A stretch of DNA of 63,510 bases, filler included, from Reticulomyxa filosa (GCA_000512085.1; 23 parts of 23 records of this genome joined end to end with filler, not necessarily neighbours in it), one strand, 5' to 3'; positions 11,657 to 26,220 are shown, counted from the whole stretch's first letter. The notes: generated by a model from the sequence alone, not told the origin. Numbers and translations: made by a program.

Positions 11657-12245
11657 ATGTCTTCACCAAAATCGGATGCTGTTCCAACAGAAAATGTACA
11701 ACCAAAAAAATCATTAACATTTATTGTCCCTCCAGACTGGTGCATATTTATTTGCATATCCTTGGTAAAATTGTTACTAGTGCAAACCTACCACAGCACT
11801 GACTTTGAAGTGCATCGAAACTGGCTCGCAATCACTCATTCATTTCCATTGGAGCAGTGGTATACAGAAAATACATCAAAGTGGACGCTGGACTACCCGC
11901 CGTTTTTCGCATGGTTCGAAAAGCTCTTAGCAGGCATCGCACGAGTGATTGACGAAAAGATGTTGATCGTGTCAAATCTAAACTACGAATCTTTCGAGTG
12001 TATCTTATTTCAGCGTTTCAGTGTGATTCTGAGTGACCTGGTATTATTTCTGAGCATCAAAAAATATTGCGACACATGGCCAAAAGAACGCACCTTTGGG
12101 AGGTTTATGTTCGAGAGCTGGAGCGACCGCAAATATTGGGCCGTTCAAATTATCACTTTTGGCAATGCCGGATTGTTGTTGGTTGACCACATTCATTTTC
12201 AATACAACGGAATACTCCTCGGCATTCATTTGTTTGCCGTGACAG
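11657..12245 (+). CDS. ALG8: Dolichyl-P-Glc alpha-1,3-glucosyltransferase ALG8, first exon, 3' partial
   Basis: YHSTDFEVHRNWLAITHS, WTLDYPPFFAWFE, FQRFSVILSD and LLLVDHIHFQYNG are ALG8 motifs. Probable donor AG|GTTCAA at about 12246. Confidence 0.93.
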
Positions 12246-12361
12246 GTTCAAAGAAAAACAAGGGAACAAGGGAATTGGAACATTTTAAAAATAAAAAAAA
12301 AAATTAAGAAAAAAGCAAAATTGCGAAAAATGCGTCAGTGTGATGTGTCAAAATTTTGTAA

Positions 12362-12402
<41 letters not shown>

Positions 12403-13436
12403 NNNNNNNNNNNNNNNNNNNNNNNNNNNNNNNNNNNNNNNNNNNNTTAATTAATTAANNNNNNNNNNNNNNNNNNNNNNNNNNNNNNNNNNNNNNNNNN
12501 NNGAGTGGAGGAGGGGAGCAACTTAAAAAAAATCATTCATATCATCAATCAATTTTGAGAAACACAATCCAAGTTTTTCTTCTTCCAAGATTTACGTTTT
12601 CAACTCTTGACCATGAAACAATATGAGACAACTTTGTGGAATTTGAACAAAGAGTTTCTGATTCTTTGATTACAAATTAATTTAACATAATTATTATTAC
12701 ATTAATGTAAAAAGAAATATTGAAGAATTATAATAGTTCTCTGCCGTTTGGAGTAACAATTGCCGATCTATCTTTCCTCTTGCTGCAGGTCTTACCTTGG
12801 GATATTATTTGGACAGTCAACACATCGTTAGAGTGTTGGATCGAAAAAAGCACAAGGATGTAAGTTTCATCCTTTTAATTTCATTATTCTATTGTTTTTT
12901 TCCATCTTTTTCAATTCTCAGTCCAATTGGAAAGTAGGACCCATTTGTTATCAATTATATTTTGCTTATTGCTTTCACGACATCTTAATTTCTATGTGCA
13001 ACAATTAAACATTTTTGAGATTTTATTTTTATTTAAATATCAAAACTCTTAAAATTTCAATGGAACTTTCAAAGAAACATGTATAAAATAGATCGATCCT
13101 CGGTGTTGCTCACAGTACTGTTGTTGCAACATCTTGACCTTTTTGCTAATAGCAACAGTGCGAATTGGGCCGAAGGTGGAATAATGTCACTGACATTGTT
13201 TAGTATGTTTTCAATTATTGATTTGTGACAGTTTAATACAAGGCTGTGCGAGGCTAAAAAATATAAACAAATGCTGTGATTTGCTAAATTAGAAAGGAAA
13301 AAATAAACCACTGTTTGAAATTTTTTATTATTTGGAATAACGAATGAGGAACGTGTCGAGGGAGATAAACAATAAAAGGGAAAATGGGTAAAAAAAAAGG
13401 CAATTAATAAAAAAGCTTCACAAATTTGTGGTAGTT

Positions 13437-14593
13437 TTAAGAACTGACATTTGTCAACTGTCCCAACCCCAATCCTACCAAATAGCTTGCTCCAGCAGCA
13501 GCAATCCCATTGAACAAAACAAAAAGAGATGATTTCCATACGCTTGACTCAGTGATTTTGCCTTTGATGCCTCCCAAAACAGCCAGTGTCCAACCAGTAA
13601 GAATGCACGATATCAAAAATGTCGGATCATAACCTTTTTTTTAAAAAAAAGGAAGTGCCAAAGGTGAGGGGAAAATGATTATATACGTAGCCTCTTTTTG
13701 TGTGAGATACTTTTACCTGTAAAGTGGATAGGCGCAGTGACAACATAAGTAAGTAAAGGAATACACCCAAAGCATAAAAAGGAAGCCATGGTAACTAATC
13801 CGTTTTTTACAGCGCTTTCCCCTTCTTCAACTGGTTGAATGTTAAGTTCTTCAATAAGCATGTGATCAATAAAAAAATCAGGATATTTGGCCATTGTACG
13901 CAAAATCAATTCGGCATCTTCTTTTTTGACACCTTTTTTTTCATAAATTTCTACCATTTCCGAAATTTCGCCTTCTTTGAAATTTTCAAATTCCCATTTT
14001 TCTCGATTTCTCTCTGACTTTGCAAAATCGAATTCTGCGCTTTCACTTAAATAATCACCAATCCCCATGGCAAATCCATCTGCAATCAAGTTTGCAAATC
14101 CGAGCACTAAAACCACTTCCGGCTTCAGATTCGCACCATGCACGGCCGATACAATTGCAAATGTGGTTACTATCCCATCAAGCCCGCCGTAAATAATTGA
14201 TTTTACAAATTCTCCCAATCCTTTGTGCTTCTCTGGGGACATTTCAAAGACGCGTGTAAGACCAACTGTTTCCCCTTTTTGTTTTTGTTGCGCATTTCCG
14301 CGGCTATCGTCATCATCTGAAGAATGATCCTTTTTATGGTGTTCGACCAATGACACAGCCACTGATCCATCCTTATTTGTGGGTGAATCCACTATTTCCT
14401 TTTCTGTTGAGACTTCAGTGCTTAATAGTTGCGTGTCTAATTTTTGTTGTTGTCGAAGCTCTTCTTTCTTTTGATGAAGCTCTTTACTTCGTTCCATGTC
14501 GCCACTATGCCAAGCTTTTTTGATTTCACGATCTAATTCCTCTTTACTTTGTAACTGTGCATCTTCAGAAATCAATGTTTGTTCCGTCGACAT
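13437..14593 (-). CDS. VIT1: VIT1/CCC1-family vacuolar iron/manganese transporter, 2 exons (14593-13717, 13633-13437)
   Basis: KSIIYGGLDGIVTTFAIVS, LGFANLIADGFAMGIGDYLS and an acidic EREKWE...EMVEIY metal-binding region. A GT-AG intron joins in frame to YDPTFLISCILTGWTLAVLGGIKG...ASYLVGLGLGQLTNVSS*. Confidence 0.93.
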
Positions 14594-17143
14594 GATTTCA
14601 GGTTTTTAAAATTGTTGCTAGAAAATTTTGTAGTAACTTTTTGTCCATTGACTGTACGAAGTTATTTGTGGAACGAAAAATCATTAGTTAAATCCAGCAA
14701 TGATCATTGTACTGNNNNNNNNNNNNNNNNNNNNNNNNNNNNNNNNNNNNNNNNNNNNTTAATTAATTAANNNNNNNNNNNNNNNNNNNNNNNNNNNNNN
14801 NNNNNNNNNNNNNNTCTGATAGTTCACTTGACTGATTGTCAGTTGTTTGTTTGTACGTTTATTTTGGGTGCGTGTGTATACGTATGTATACGTATGTACG
14901 CTTCTCTCCCTTTGTCCTTCGTGTTAACAAGTCGTGCAAATAAAAGAGTGCTATTTAAAAAAAAAAAATTGTTGAAACTGTCAAACTCTCTTGAATCAAA
15001 TCGGGAAAGTTTATTTTTCAGGTCGTGTTCGCTGGATAATGGACTATTGAATATGAACACAATACAATATAATACAATATAAGACAGTTTATTGCCACTT
15101 TGCCATGGCTGTAATAATTAGTTGTGAGTGACAAGGACCTGATGCGGCTTGCTCTCTTGCGTGATGATGGACACTCTGGAACATTCGATAGCGTGGTCTG
15201 CGCCAAGTGGCCGCGATTTCAACATCGGCTTGTGCATCTCAATGGGATTAGCCACTGCTAGCACTAGGATTACTGCTATGACTAGTTCTTGGATTGGGTG
15301 CACCTTGCTTGCCATGGCCATTGTTTCCATTATGTTTGGCTACATTCTCGTGGTCCATGTCACTATCATCAAATTCCAACTTGGGCACGTCGCTTTCACG
15401 GCGGAGCATCGGACGCTTTTTCCACATACACACACACCCATTGTGTCTATAATCTTCTTTGTAACACACAACACGATTATTAGTCCATACAAACGTAAAG
15501 GGTATACATACGCACGTACACTTAAATATTCTACTTACAAAAAAAAAATATTTTACACATGCACGAATATACACGGTATTTGCTTTGTACGGAAACAATT
15601 AAACAAGTCCCATTGGACCAACGTGCCTTCTGCTTCATCTTGTGAGTTCCATTTTGCGTGGGAGTTCGTGGAGTTTGTTACGTGTGTGGCTCTGCCATTC
15701 TTGTTCACTTTTTTGGAACTTGCGTTTGTAGTGTTGAATTCAATATTCATCAAATTAGACTTTGTAAAAAAATCTTTTTTTTCCTATTCTTTAACAGAAT
15801 CGGTTTTAAAATATTTTACACAAATCTCTTTCACTGTTTTTGCTCTCTGTCGTTAACCACACAATTTTCTATAAAATATTAATCAGAGCTTCGTAAAAAT
15901 GAAAACACAAAAATGATTTAAAAGAATGCTGTGCAACTGTTCAGTGTTTGATAAACAGGCATTACGAAATGTGGTTTTCTGGAGAACTCCCCACTTTTAC
16001 GGCTCTTGAAACTGTAACTTTCTAATTTCTTGAAAAAACTCACTCCTTAAACTTTTCATAAGACATTATCTTTAAATATGCTATTAAGAGCTTTGGAAAT
16101 TTTACTATAGAAAAATGTGCTCTTTTATATTGTAATGTGTATTTCCGAAACATAACTTAAAAATAAGTACATCGAAAGATTTACATAAGCGAATATAAAT
16201 TCTATTTGCTTTGACAATGGATAGTTGCATTATTGAATATAAAAGAAAAGTGTGTATTTTTTTACAAGTTCTTATTCAGTATTTTGAGAATCCACGTGAC
16301 CATTCGCTGTGGCAGGGTGTGTGCAAACACGATCGTTACTCATGGACTTTGATTTTTTGAAAAGCACTAACATCAATCCCGCAAAAATAAATAGACAAAA
16401 TAAAATAAAATATACATACAATGTATAGTTTTTCTGTTCGAGAATTTTTAGAATACTTTGACCACCTTGATCAAAGATCAATTGAGGAAGAAGTTGCAGA
16501 ATAATATCCTCACAAAGACCAAAACATAAATATTAGAAGAAAAGGATGAAAACATTTCAAATAAGAAGGCTGATATTCTATTGGTATATTGATTGTATTT
16601 TTTAAATGTTGTAGCGTTTGTAAATAAATTTTGGAGGTCAAAATATAAACTTTATTGCAAGGCTATGTAGGATAAACACGTGAAACCTTGCAATGTATTT
16701 AACACAATATTTGATATAAAATGTTATTGTTTCATATTCGCTTGGAATATCAAACCTAACATTTGTACGTTTTTTTGCAGTGTTTTTCCAGTTCAATAAA
16801 TGTGGTAGGATCATTTGGATGGATAAATGTATTGACGCCAATCTTCACGTGGGATGTGTCATATTGCTAAGCTATATCATGGCAAAATCGAAATGTCATG
16901 GGTATTGATTGCAAGATTGGAGTTTGATATTTTTATAGGACAATATATAAGTTGAATGCATACATTCGATCTGAATTTATGAAGTATCAACAAGCATAAA
17001 GNNNNNNNNNNNNNNNNNNNNNNNNNNNNNNNNNNNNNNNNNNNNTTAATTAATTAANNNNNNNNNNNNNNNNNNNNNNNNNNNNNNNNNNNNNNNNNNN
17101 NTGAAACAAATAAAATAAAAAAGACATTCATATGATGGTGCAG

Positions 17144-17984
17144 ATTTATCACTTTCTTGTAAATTGTGGATGAAATTATTTGATTTAAGAATTAATCCAA
17201 TTATCAAACAAATAGATGAGATGTTGGTGAAAAATGAAGAAATATTGAATGGAAAATTGAAATATATGTGTTTGGTGGGTGGATTTAGCCAATCTCATTA
17301 TCTGCAATTCAAACTCAAACAACATTACGAATCGAAATACACATTTGTAATTCCTCAAAGACCTGTTTTATCAGTAATTGAAGGAGCTGCTCAATTGTCA
17401 AGAACTGCTCCTTTCATCACTTCCAGAATTGTTAAGTACACTTATGGTACTACTTTTGGTTGTCCAATAAGAGGTGCTCGATCTCATCCAAAAATTAGTG
17501 AAGATCATATCAACAAACACAAATATATTCGTGATATTGATAATAAAGAGTACGTTAGTAATTGTTTCGATGTATTTGTGAAAAAAGGTGAAGAAGTGAA
17601 AGTGGGACAAGTTAATATTTGAATATTTGTTGTGACCAATTGTTATATTTCAATAATCAAATGTGATATTTTTCATTATTTGGTTATTTACAGATGATTG
17701 AAAAGAAGTACATCCCAGGAAGTAAAAATGAGAAAAGCGTATATATCTCAATCTATCGTAGTGAGGAAATAGATCCAGGAGTGATAACAGAACACAAATA
17801 TTTAGGAAAGGTTCAAGTTCCACATCCGGAAGATTTTGACAATATGAAGGATAGCTATGATGTTCGTTTTTATTTTGGTGAAACAATGATTCGAGTAACA
17901 GTGACAATCAAAGGAAAAGAATATGTTGAAAAAGAAGAAGAAATAAGATATGACTTCACTCAGTTTTTAAATATTTTTGATTAA
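17144..17984 (+). CDS. Atypical Hsp70 (HSPA12-like), 3' part; exons 17144-17610 and 17694-17984
   Basis: YMCLVGGFSQSHYLQ, VIPQRPVLSVIEGAA and ITSRIVKYTYG match HSPA12-type C-terminal motifs. In-frame GT-AG intron at 17611-17693. Confidence 0.85.
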
Positions 17985-19101
17985 TTTTTGTTTAGGTTCT
18001 TGGAAAAGGCTTCTAAAGACTCAATGTTTCAAGAGATTTGATGTAAGATTATAACCGGAACTTTAACTATGAATTCGGTGGTATCAAATAACTAAACATT
18101 TAAAAATTTGATTTTTAAGATTTGTTCAAATAGAGACTACAGAATCAATCTAGCAAAATAAAGTGCACTATTCCATAACTTTGATGCAATAGTGCATGCA
18201 TTATCCAGCAAAGATAAACCACTGCTAGACATTAGAGCCGTGATAACGTTTTTTAAAAAGAGCACCCCAGGACTTTCGACTTAAGAGCTATTATCACTAC
18301 TAGTCTCTTGTGAAATTTAGAAAAGAGGTTGAAGGAAGCACAGAAACAAAAAGAGTAATTGAAAATGAACACAGACAAATGAGAAGTTGCATCAAAAAAC
18401 GAGATGAAGCTATGTCGATATTGCAAAGTGATTTGTCTTTATGACTTAATAAATCAAATGAATTGTCAGAATTCTCTTCCTTACTTTTAAAATAAAAAAA
18501 AGTAAAATTTAATCATTTTTGCCATGGCTATTGTTTTGATTTTGCTTAGGTTTCTCCGGGATATTTTTATTATTTCCCTTCTTCTTTTTTTTTTTTTTGG
18601 ATTGATTTTCAGTACCATTTGATTTGTTTTGTGGCGAGTCTGTTTCATCTTTTTTCAAAGATGAAGCTTTGTCTGTATCCTTTGATTTTGAAGGTGACGA
18701 AGGTTTGTCAAACAACGCAAGGTAATGTTCCTTCTCTTGAGCCTTATTTACCGTTAGTAACCATTGTTCCTTTCATTGCCAATAACAAACAATGCCAAAA
18801 ATATTCATACTTTTTCCTTCCCTCTCAAGAGTATTGTCCCAACAAATCAATTCAACAAAAGAAAAAACTAAACAGGGTTTCTACTGAACCATGGCCAATC
18901 TGGGGTAGTCAAAAACGCTGCGAACAAAAATCCACCAATGACTCCGTACGTTGTGTAAGGAAAATAACTGGCCTTAAACGCGTATATTATGCTGCCGAGC
19001 TNNNNNNNNNNNNNNNNNNNNNNNNNNNNNNNNNNNNNNNNNNNNTTAATTAATTAANNNNNNNNNNNNNNNNNNNNNNNNNNNNNNNNNNNNNNNNNNN
19101 N

Positions 19102-19125
19102 GGTCCCATTCGTATTTGGGGATAA
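19102..19125 (+). CDS. Last codons of a WD40-family gene
   Basis: The contig starts GGT CCC ATT CGT ATT TGG GGA TAA (GPIRIWG*), matching the GHIRIWG* end of the WD40 gene at 31155. Confidence 0.7.
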   Translation, partial: GPIRIWG

Positions 19126-20312
19126 TTTTCTGTTTTATGAAATAAGAAATGAAAGTGTTTTTTTTTGTTTAAAAAGTTTGATTAAAGAAAAATAAAGTGA
19201 TATTAAACTTGTTTGATTTGATTAAATGCAAGCATTGAAGGATGTGTTTTATTTTGCTTTGTTGTTTCAATAAATTGAAATAGTTGCATCCAATGTTTTT
19301 TAAAGAATTGCAAAATATTTTAAGTATTTCGTTTTCTTCAGTACTAATTTTTTTAATTGTTTTTTTTTTATGTCTATTTGCTATTGTTTTTTGTATAGTA
19401 TCGAACATTCAAAACAGGATAAAATAAAAAGGACAACAGTGTGCATTATCAAAAACAATATTTTCTCCTGAAACAGGATATGAATGATCGATAATTCAAA
19501 AGAATGCAATCAGGTAAAAAGATTCTTTTAATCTCAGAACTAGTTCATTTTACGATGGCTCTATCTAAGCTGTGGCTGTTTGTAAAGCGAAGATATCCTT
19601 AACGATATTATATACTATCATTTTTTGATTTATTTTCATCATTTGTTTTACTTGTCCATTATCTGATTTTGATACAAAGTCAAGCTAGAATAAAAGCTTA
19701 CCCACTTTATACAAAACAATTTGGTCACTGAAATATACTATTAAATTATTCAAAAATATTTTTTTTACAAACGAATTGAAGCAATTGATCAAGATATTTC
19801 TTCTTTCATTACATTATCACATATTTTATCAATGCTTTCATTTCTGTTTTGCATTTTCCTGATTCTGATCATTTTGCATACCTCCTACAGCTTTAACATG
19901 TTCGTTGCATTACATCTTTAGTCCAATTCAATTATATGTTAAGTTTTCAAAATATGTTAGTTCAAAAAAAAAGGTAGAAAATATAATTTTATTTAAACTT
20001 TGATGGCATTGTTGTCTCCAAAAACTATTTATCATTCATACATATACTTTGAAATAATTTTTTTAGGAAGAAAAAAAGAGACAATTATGTATTTTCTTTT
20101 TTCTCCTTTTATCACCTCTTGGGTCTTTTTGAATTCTTTTTTTGTGNNNNNNNNNNNNNNNNNNNNNNNNNNNNNNNNNNNNNNNNNNNNTTAATTAATT
20201 AANNNNNNNNNNNNNNNNNNNNNNNNNNNNNNNNNNNNNNNNNNNNTTTTTTTTTTTCCACCAAACATAATAAAAAAAAAAAAAAAAATATCCAAAAATT
20301 TAAACATTTTAC

Positions 20313-21306
20313 CTTGGGCTCTTCTTGTACCATTCTCCACATTGGACACACAAACAAAATCAAGCAATAAGAGGAAATGACAAAATCTGATACTGCATAC
20401 CTACAAATGTACCCAAAAAAAAAAAAAAAAGCTGCTGATGGGAGGGGATGAAGAGAGGATTGTGAGAAATTTTTTTTTTTTTTTTGTGTGAAAAAAAAAA
20501 AATAATAATAACCAAATGTATAGAGTCTTTTTTTGTGGAGCCATTTGCAGGATAGTAGGATCAATTGTCGAAGGGGTAAAATAAGGCACAGAGCAATACA
20601 CTAAAAACAAAATATCACTGCACAATAACATGTAACAAACATTATACAATCGTTCCTTTATTGTCGTTTCATTACTTTTGCTAAGACGAGTTCGAAATAC
20701 TAAAAACGCATGTCTTTTTTTAAAAAAAATTGTATGCGTTAATAAAAATACAAACAATCCACCCCCCACCCCCCCCTCTCTTTTCTCTTTCTCCTCCTCC
20801 CCTTTCCTAAAAAAAAAAAAGACAACTTCAAAACAGAGCAGATTTTTGAATTGCTGTAAGCACAATGCATAGACGTGCAAGGGTAACACATTGGATTGTT
20901 GTCAGTTGGTAATAGCTTGTTCCTACTGTTTTTGTTTTTTGTTGTTTGCTTGTGTCAATCCGGAAAAAAAGTAACTTTTTTTTTGGGGAGGTCTCCCTGC
21001 TAAAAAAACAAAAAAAATCATGTACGTGTGTTTTTTCTTTTCGAGACACGTACTTTGCACTGCTCTTTGCACTAGAGGGACCATTATCACTGCTAATGAC
21101 AGTGCATTTACGAGCTTGGAGGTTAGAATTTTTTTACAATGTTTACGCTTTTCTCTCCGATTGATAAAAAAACGAATTACATGATAACAAAATCCCACTG
21201 ACAACAACACCAAAGACACCACAATAAATATTAAAAAAGTTTGCCCTGATACTTTCAAGTTCAACATGTTGACGGAGCAGAGTTGTCTGCTGCAACTCTT
21301 ACTCAT
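20313..21306 (-). CDS. Multi-exon 7TM/GPCR-like membrane protein, 3' partial
   Basis: Five successive hydrophobic segments across GT-AG introns: FLIFIVVSLVLLSVGFCY, ALSLAVIMVPLV, CVTLARLCIVLTAIQK, LYNVCYMLLCSDILFLVY, AVSDFVISSYCLILFVCPM. Cut off by the contig end. Confidence 0.55.
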
Positions 21307-21849
21307 TTAAGTTGCAATTCATACTATTACGGATTACAAGAGCAGATCAAAAAGCTAGGGGGATTTTTTTCCTTTGCTGGACCGTTTCTGATATATACTT
21401 TGTACTGTTTGTCGTAAACGAAGCTACAAAAATTTAAGATAAACTGATTGGTTACTCATAAAACAAAATTAAAACTTTGGAAATTGACTGATAGAATTTT
21501 TTGTTTTTAAAATGATTGTATGCGTTATTTGCAATTAACTATGGATAGTCAGCCATCTATGCATTGATTCAGAGGTGATTGATACTCTGCTAAAAGGTAT
21601 ACGGAATACGTTTCAGCAATAGCTTCAAAAAAGAAGTGTAATGTGAACGTCTATTAAGACTGTTGTTTCAAATAAGGACAGTTAAAAAATTTATCAAAAA
21701 TTTTTTGCAAAAATGTATTTATTACAAAAACGTAGAAGGAAAACTAAAATGAAAGGAATTTTGTTTAAAAGGAAAATTTTTATTCCCATGAGATTAATGT
21801 TTTCATAATCGCATTTAATAGTGTTCTGCCGGTCAGAAAAAATTCCAAC

Positions 21850-22679
21850 CATGTCGAAAAAACAAAAGTGGCAAAGGTATAAATGTAATAAAATTTGTGT
21901 GTGTTCAGCAGTGAATGTTTATGACACAAAAAACAGCAATGCATGGCCTCAACATATTCCTGCTGAGCAATACGTCCAGTTTCAGCCAGTTGGTCAGTAT
22001 ATCGATGACCCAACGATTCCTCAACTCTCTTTTGCAACACCAAATTCTTGTCGTAAATTCATTGCTAATTTTCCAAGACAACCGTTGTTAAATATAAAAA
22101 GAGGCAGCAAATAAAAAGGGGAAGAAAGAAAATAAATTTTGAAAAAATCGACAGGTACTTGTGGGCAGTTCTTTGCAGTTTGTTTGCAGTGATTTGTGCA
22201 CTTTGTTCTTTTGGTTCATGGATCCGTGCAACAGTATCATGCATAATTGCAGGTATAAATGCCCCTAAAATTACAGTAGATGTCTATCCAAGTGGATCAA
22301 AAACAGCATTTATTACCACTATAGTGCAAGTGGCTTGCAGCACACTTTTTGTGGCACTCACTTGGAGACTCAGTAAAGAACCAACACATAACAAACTTCC
22401 TAATACTGTGAGAACCTTTGGAGTTGCATATTTTGTGGGTCTCTACTTCTACTCACGTTTTATAAACAGAATTTTGGCAAGTATGATCGCCTCAACTAAA
22501 CAAACATACGAAAAAAAGAGATGAACGGATCAGAGTGTAGTAGTGATCAATTTATTTACGTTGCAGAAAGTCAATTATCCCTATATCTGTTTTCTGTAAG
22601 TCTTTTGCTAACATGTGCTTCCATTGTCATTACTGTTTTAAGACAATGCTTCTTCTCTGCAACAACTGAACGATGCTAA
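21850..22679 (+). CDS. Hypothetical multi-pass membrane protein, about 3 exons
   Basis: ORF segments 21850-22052, 22156-22480 and 22567-22679, separated by GT...AG introns, with about 4 hydrophobic helices. Confidence 0.5.
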
Positions 22680-23170
22680 AGATTCCGTGTTAATATTGTT
22701 TTTGAAATCTAATTTATTTTAATTTTTTTTTAAAATTTACCGCCACAAAAGCAAAACTAATTTTAATCTTGAAAAAGAAAGTGTTGTCATGTAGGCAGTT
22801 GGTGATTACTTAATTGCTCTACTAAATAACGAACCGGATTTTTGCTGGTCAAATGTGCATGCTGTTTACTTACGTGAAAGAGATCTTAAGGCTTATAATT
22901 GTTTCCATAAAGTAGATATGAATGTTGAAGTGTGTGAGTGATATATTTTTTAGCATTACAAATTTAGAAGTTCAACTGCCAAAAAAAGAGGGCCATTGTG
23001 CAAAAAAAAAAAGGGATTGACACAAGTGGCAGCAACAAAAATAAGAAGTGTGTCGCAAATACTGAATGTCAAAACGCCTTTTTTTTTTTTCCCCTCCTCC
23101 GACTCCCCTCCCTCTCCCCCCCTTCCTCAGCCCCCTTTGACTCATTTTGCTGGATTGTGTTGAAAGAAGT

Positions 23171-24444
23171 TTACAAGCGAACAGAAACATCATCATCGAA
23201 ATGTGAATCAGGGAGCTCAATGGTAGAAAAGCGGATGATGATTTCGTAAAAGTCTAAGAAGATCATGGACTCGCAGACAGAGAAACTGACCCTGGGAGCG
23301 ATCCCTTTGGAGAAGCCTTTCCAAAAGCCTTCGTGCTTAGCGATTTGACGAAGGAGTTTCCAAACGGACGTTTGTCCATAGTGTCCCTGTTTGGTTTGAA
23401 TCCTGGTTCTGGCGATATCAATGGGATTGACCAAGACGGCTACAGTGAAGCCACTTAAAGCACCGGACATGGAGTAGCCAGTGAATGTGGTTGCATCCAA
23501 CATGTCTTTGGACAGTTCGTAAATGGCCCATCGCAAGCCAGTGGTGGGCATTACTTGAACAAACGTGGCCCACGTGCCGATATAAAATGATTTGATAAAC
23601 TTTCGATTGTGTTCACGATAGATTGTAGAAATGGTATTCCACACGGACGACGATTTTTTCGCCGTCCTTGCACTGGACGTCGCTGCAATTGCAGAGGTCG
23701 TCGCTGTCGTCGTCGTCGTCGTCGTCAATACAGTACTCTGTGACAACTGTGGAAAGTTTAACAATACGTGTCTTTGCTGAATCACGTCCAATGGAATATA
23801 CGCCAAAAATGTTATCAACTCCGCTATTGTGCCACTTATCACTGGAAACAATATATTGTGCCATATTGGCTTATTGAAAACTCATTCTTGTGTGCCACTA
23901 CATCCCCATTGGTGCCTTGCCACCGTGTAAAATGCTATGTGGCCCACATACGTTGGTGCTGCTCCCATTACATAAAATACATAGCCTCGATATAAACCTT
24001 ACATTTTTTTTTTTTACATATTTTCAACTTTCAGTTTCTAAATCGATCTGTAACTTATAACCTCATATACACTTTATCATATGTATACATATGCATATAT
24101 ATATATATATTTATTTATTTATTTACATATACATATACATATATATACATATATATGTATATGTATTGCCATTACAAGATGTTATGCACACATACTGCAT
24201 AACCTCGTATTCCCTGTTGCCGAACTGTCAGTCTTGCAACATGCGTAAAGTCTTTTAGTGCACTGCCCGTCACTAGTTCAACTTGTGTTTGTAAAAAGAT
24301 TTTACAGTTCATCATCGGTATTAACACTCCGTTCGCTAGTGCCTCTAGAAACCAAGTGGACAAGGCAAACCTTGTAAAACTTAAATGTCGTGGCCAAAAG
24401 GTGTGTTCTTTTTGTACAGTGGGTTGTGCGGTTTCCATTGTCAT
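23171..24444 (-). CDS. Mitochondrial carrier (SLC25) protein, 2 exons, with one in-frame TGA
   Basis: Carrier signatures PMMNCKIFLQ, PLDVIQQR, PIDIARTRIQ, QQGIRG|LYRG and HEGFWKGFSKGIAPR. Intron at about 24201-23998 with TA repeats. TGA at 23882-23884. Confidence 0.88.
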
Positions 24445-24815
24445 AAGGCTCCAATTTAGATCAATATATATACACGGATGTAATAGCTTTTTTTTTCTTC
24501 ATTAGCAGTGTCGTTGTCCCTGTTTTTGCTGCTTTCGAAAATGATAAGTTGAATAGATTACACAGAATTGTGCTGCAGTGAATGATTTTTTATCGATGTT
24601 GCTCTGTTTTTCGTGTATGTGAAATATCAAATTTTCATGGCAATATTAAATACGAAATAGGTCGCATTTTCGCAATAATGCAACGTAATCGTATATTTTT
24701 TAATGAGTTTCTTAAATTCAAAAAAGAAATGATAATTTGCAAGCTGCTTTGACCCTTAGATTAGAAAGGCGACTTTTATCAATATCAAAACATTTCTGTC
24801 ATTTTCTTTTTAGGA

Positions 24816-25940
24816 ATGTTGGGACTTGCACTTAATCCTATTAAGGAAGGATATCTAGAAAAGAGAAGTTGGTCTTCATTTGCCTTGGTTCTCAACCGAG
24901 CTTAACGCTTTTTTTTTTTTTTTGAACCAACAGCAAGCGTCGAGAACTTCTGGTATGCACAAAACACAAGCCCACGAAAAAAAGGTCGTGGAGGAGCGAA
25001 CAAACCTCGCAAGAGATGGATGATCTTGCAAGGAACAAATTTGTATAGTTTCAAAAGCATAGAGGTTATTTGTGTGTTTTTTTTTTAATAAAAAAAAAAA
25101 AGAATTATATGCAATATATACATATATGTACATATATATGTACATGTATATATTGTATGTAAATAAATATGAAAAGACGTTGTGAGTATGTTGGGACGCT
25201 AGGCCAATGAACCCCCATGTGAAGTGATTGACCTGAAAGTGTATACCAACGTGAGGACAGTAGAGACTGAATGGAGTCGTATGAGTACAGAATTTGAGTT
25301 ATCGACGGAGCAAACGAAAGAAGAGCTGCCTCGGTACTATTTTATAGCATCGAGTGTAAGTGAGCGAAATGATTGGGTGAAACATTTAAAACAACAAATC
25401 TTGCAATGCTCGCAATCCACTGCAAATGCAAATGCAAATGCAAATGTAAATGTAAATACAAATGCAAATGAAAAGGGAAAGGAAAAACAAAAAGAAAAAG
25501 GAAACGAAAAGAAAAAAGAAAATGGAAAAAAAAAAGACGCAATGAACGAAAGTGATGGAACGCAAGTGGTTCAACTTTGTGTAAAAACATCGACGGAACA
25601 TGCGAGTGAGCCGAGTAGCACAACGACGCGAGTGAGCGAGAAGCCGAGCAATGTAAGCGCATCGACGACGAATGTGATATCCAACGCTGGTCCAAATGAG
25701 GCGAGCAAAAATGCCGCGAACAATCGGGCCACCAAAAGACGCCCCCCTCTCCCTCATACCCTTGCTCCGACCGTCACTCTTCCAACAGGACGTCAATCCA
25801 GTTCCGACAAGCACATCCACGCTGCAGACATTTCGTCGCCTCTGAATCTCAATCACCACCTATTTATGCATTCCCGTCATTATTCGGAAATACCTAAGGA
25901 AAGAGATGAAATAAGGTTTGGACATTATATATACATATAC

Positions 25941-25971
<31 letters not shown>

Positions 25972-26180
25972 TAAGTGTCATGCTATACAATATATTTATT
26001 TTGCATAACATATATACATACACATATGTATGTACATATACATATATGTATATGTTATAACACGTTCACACTCCCAAAAAAAAAAAAAAAAAGAACAAAG
26101 TTCATCGCCACCATCGCTGTCTTCTTCGTCTTCGTGTAGTTTATTGGATTATCGACCACATCGAGGTATACCAGACGACC

Positions 26181-26220
<40 letters not shown>

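Noticed and set aside
15149-15856. 235-aa plus-strand ORF as a membrane protein
   Set aside because: It runs through intron-like CA/TA tracts and has no recognisable motif; probably the shadow of a minus-strand low-complexity gene I could not identify.
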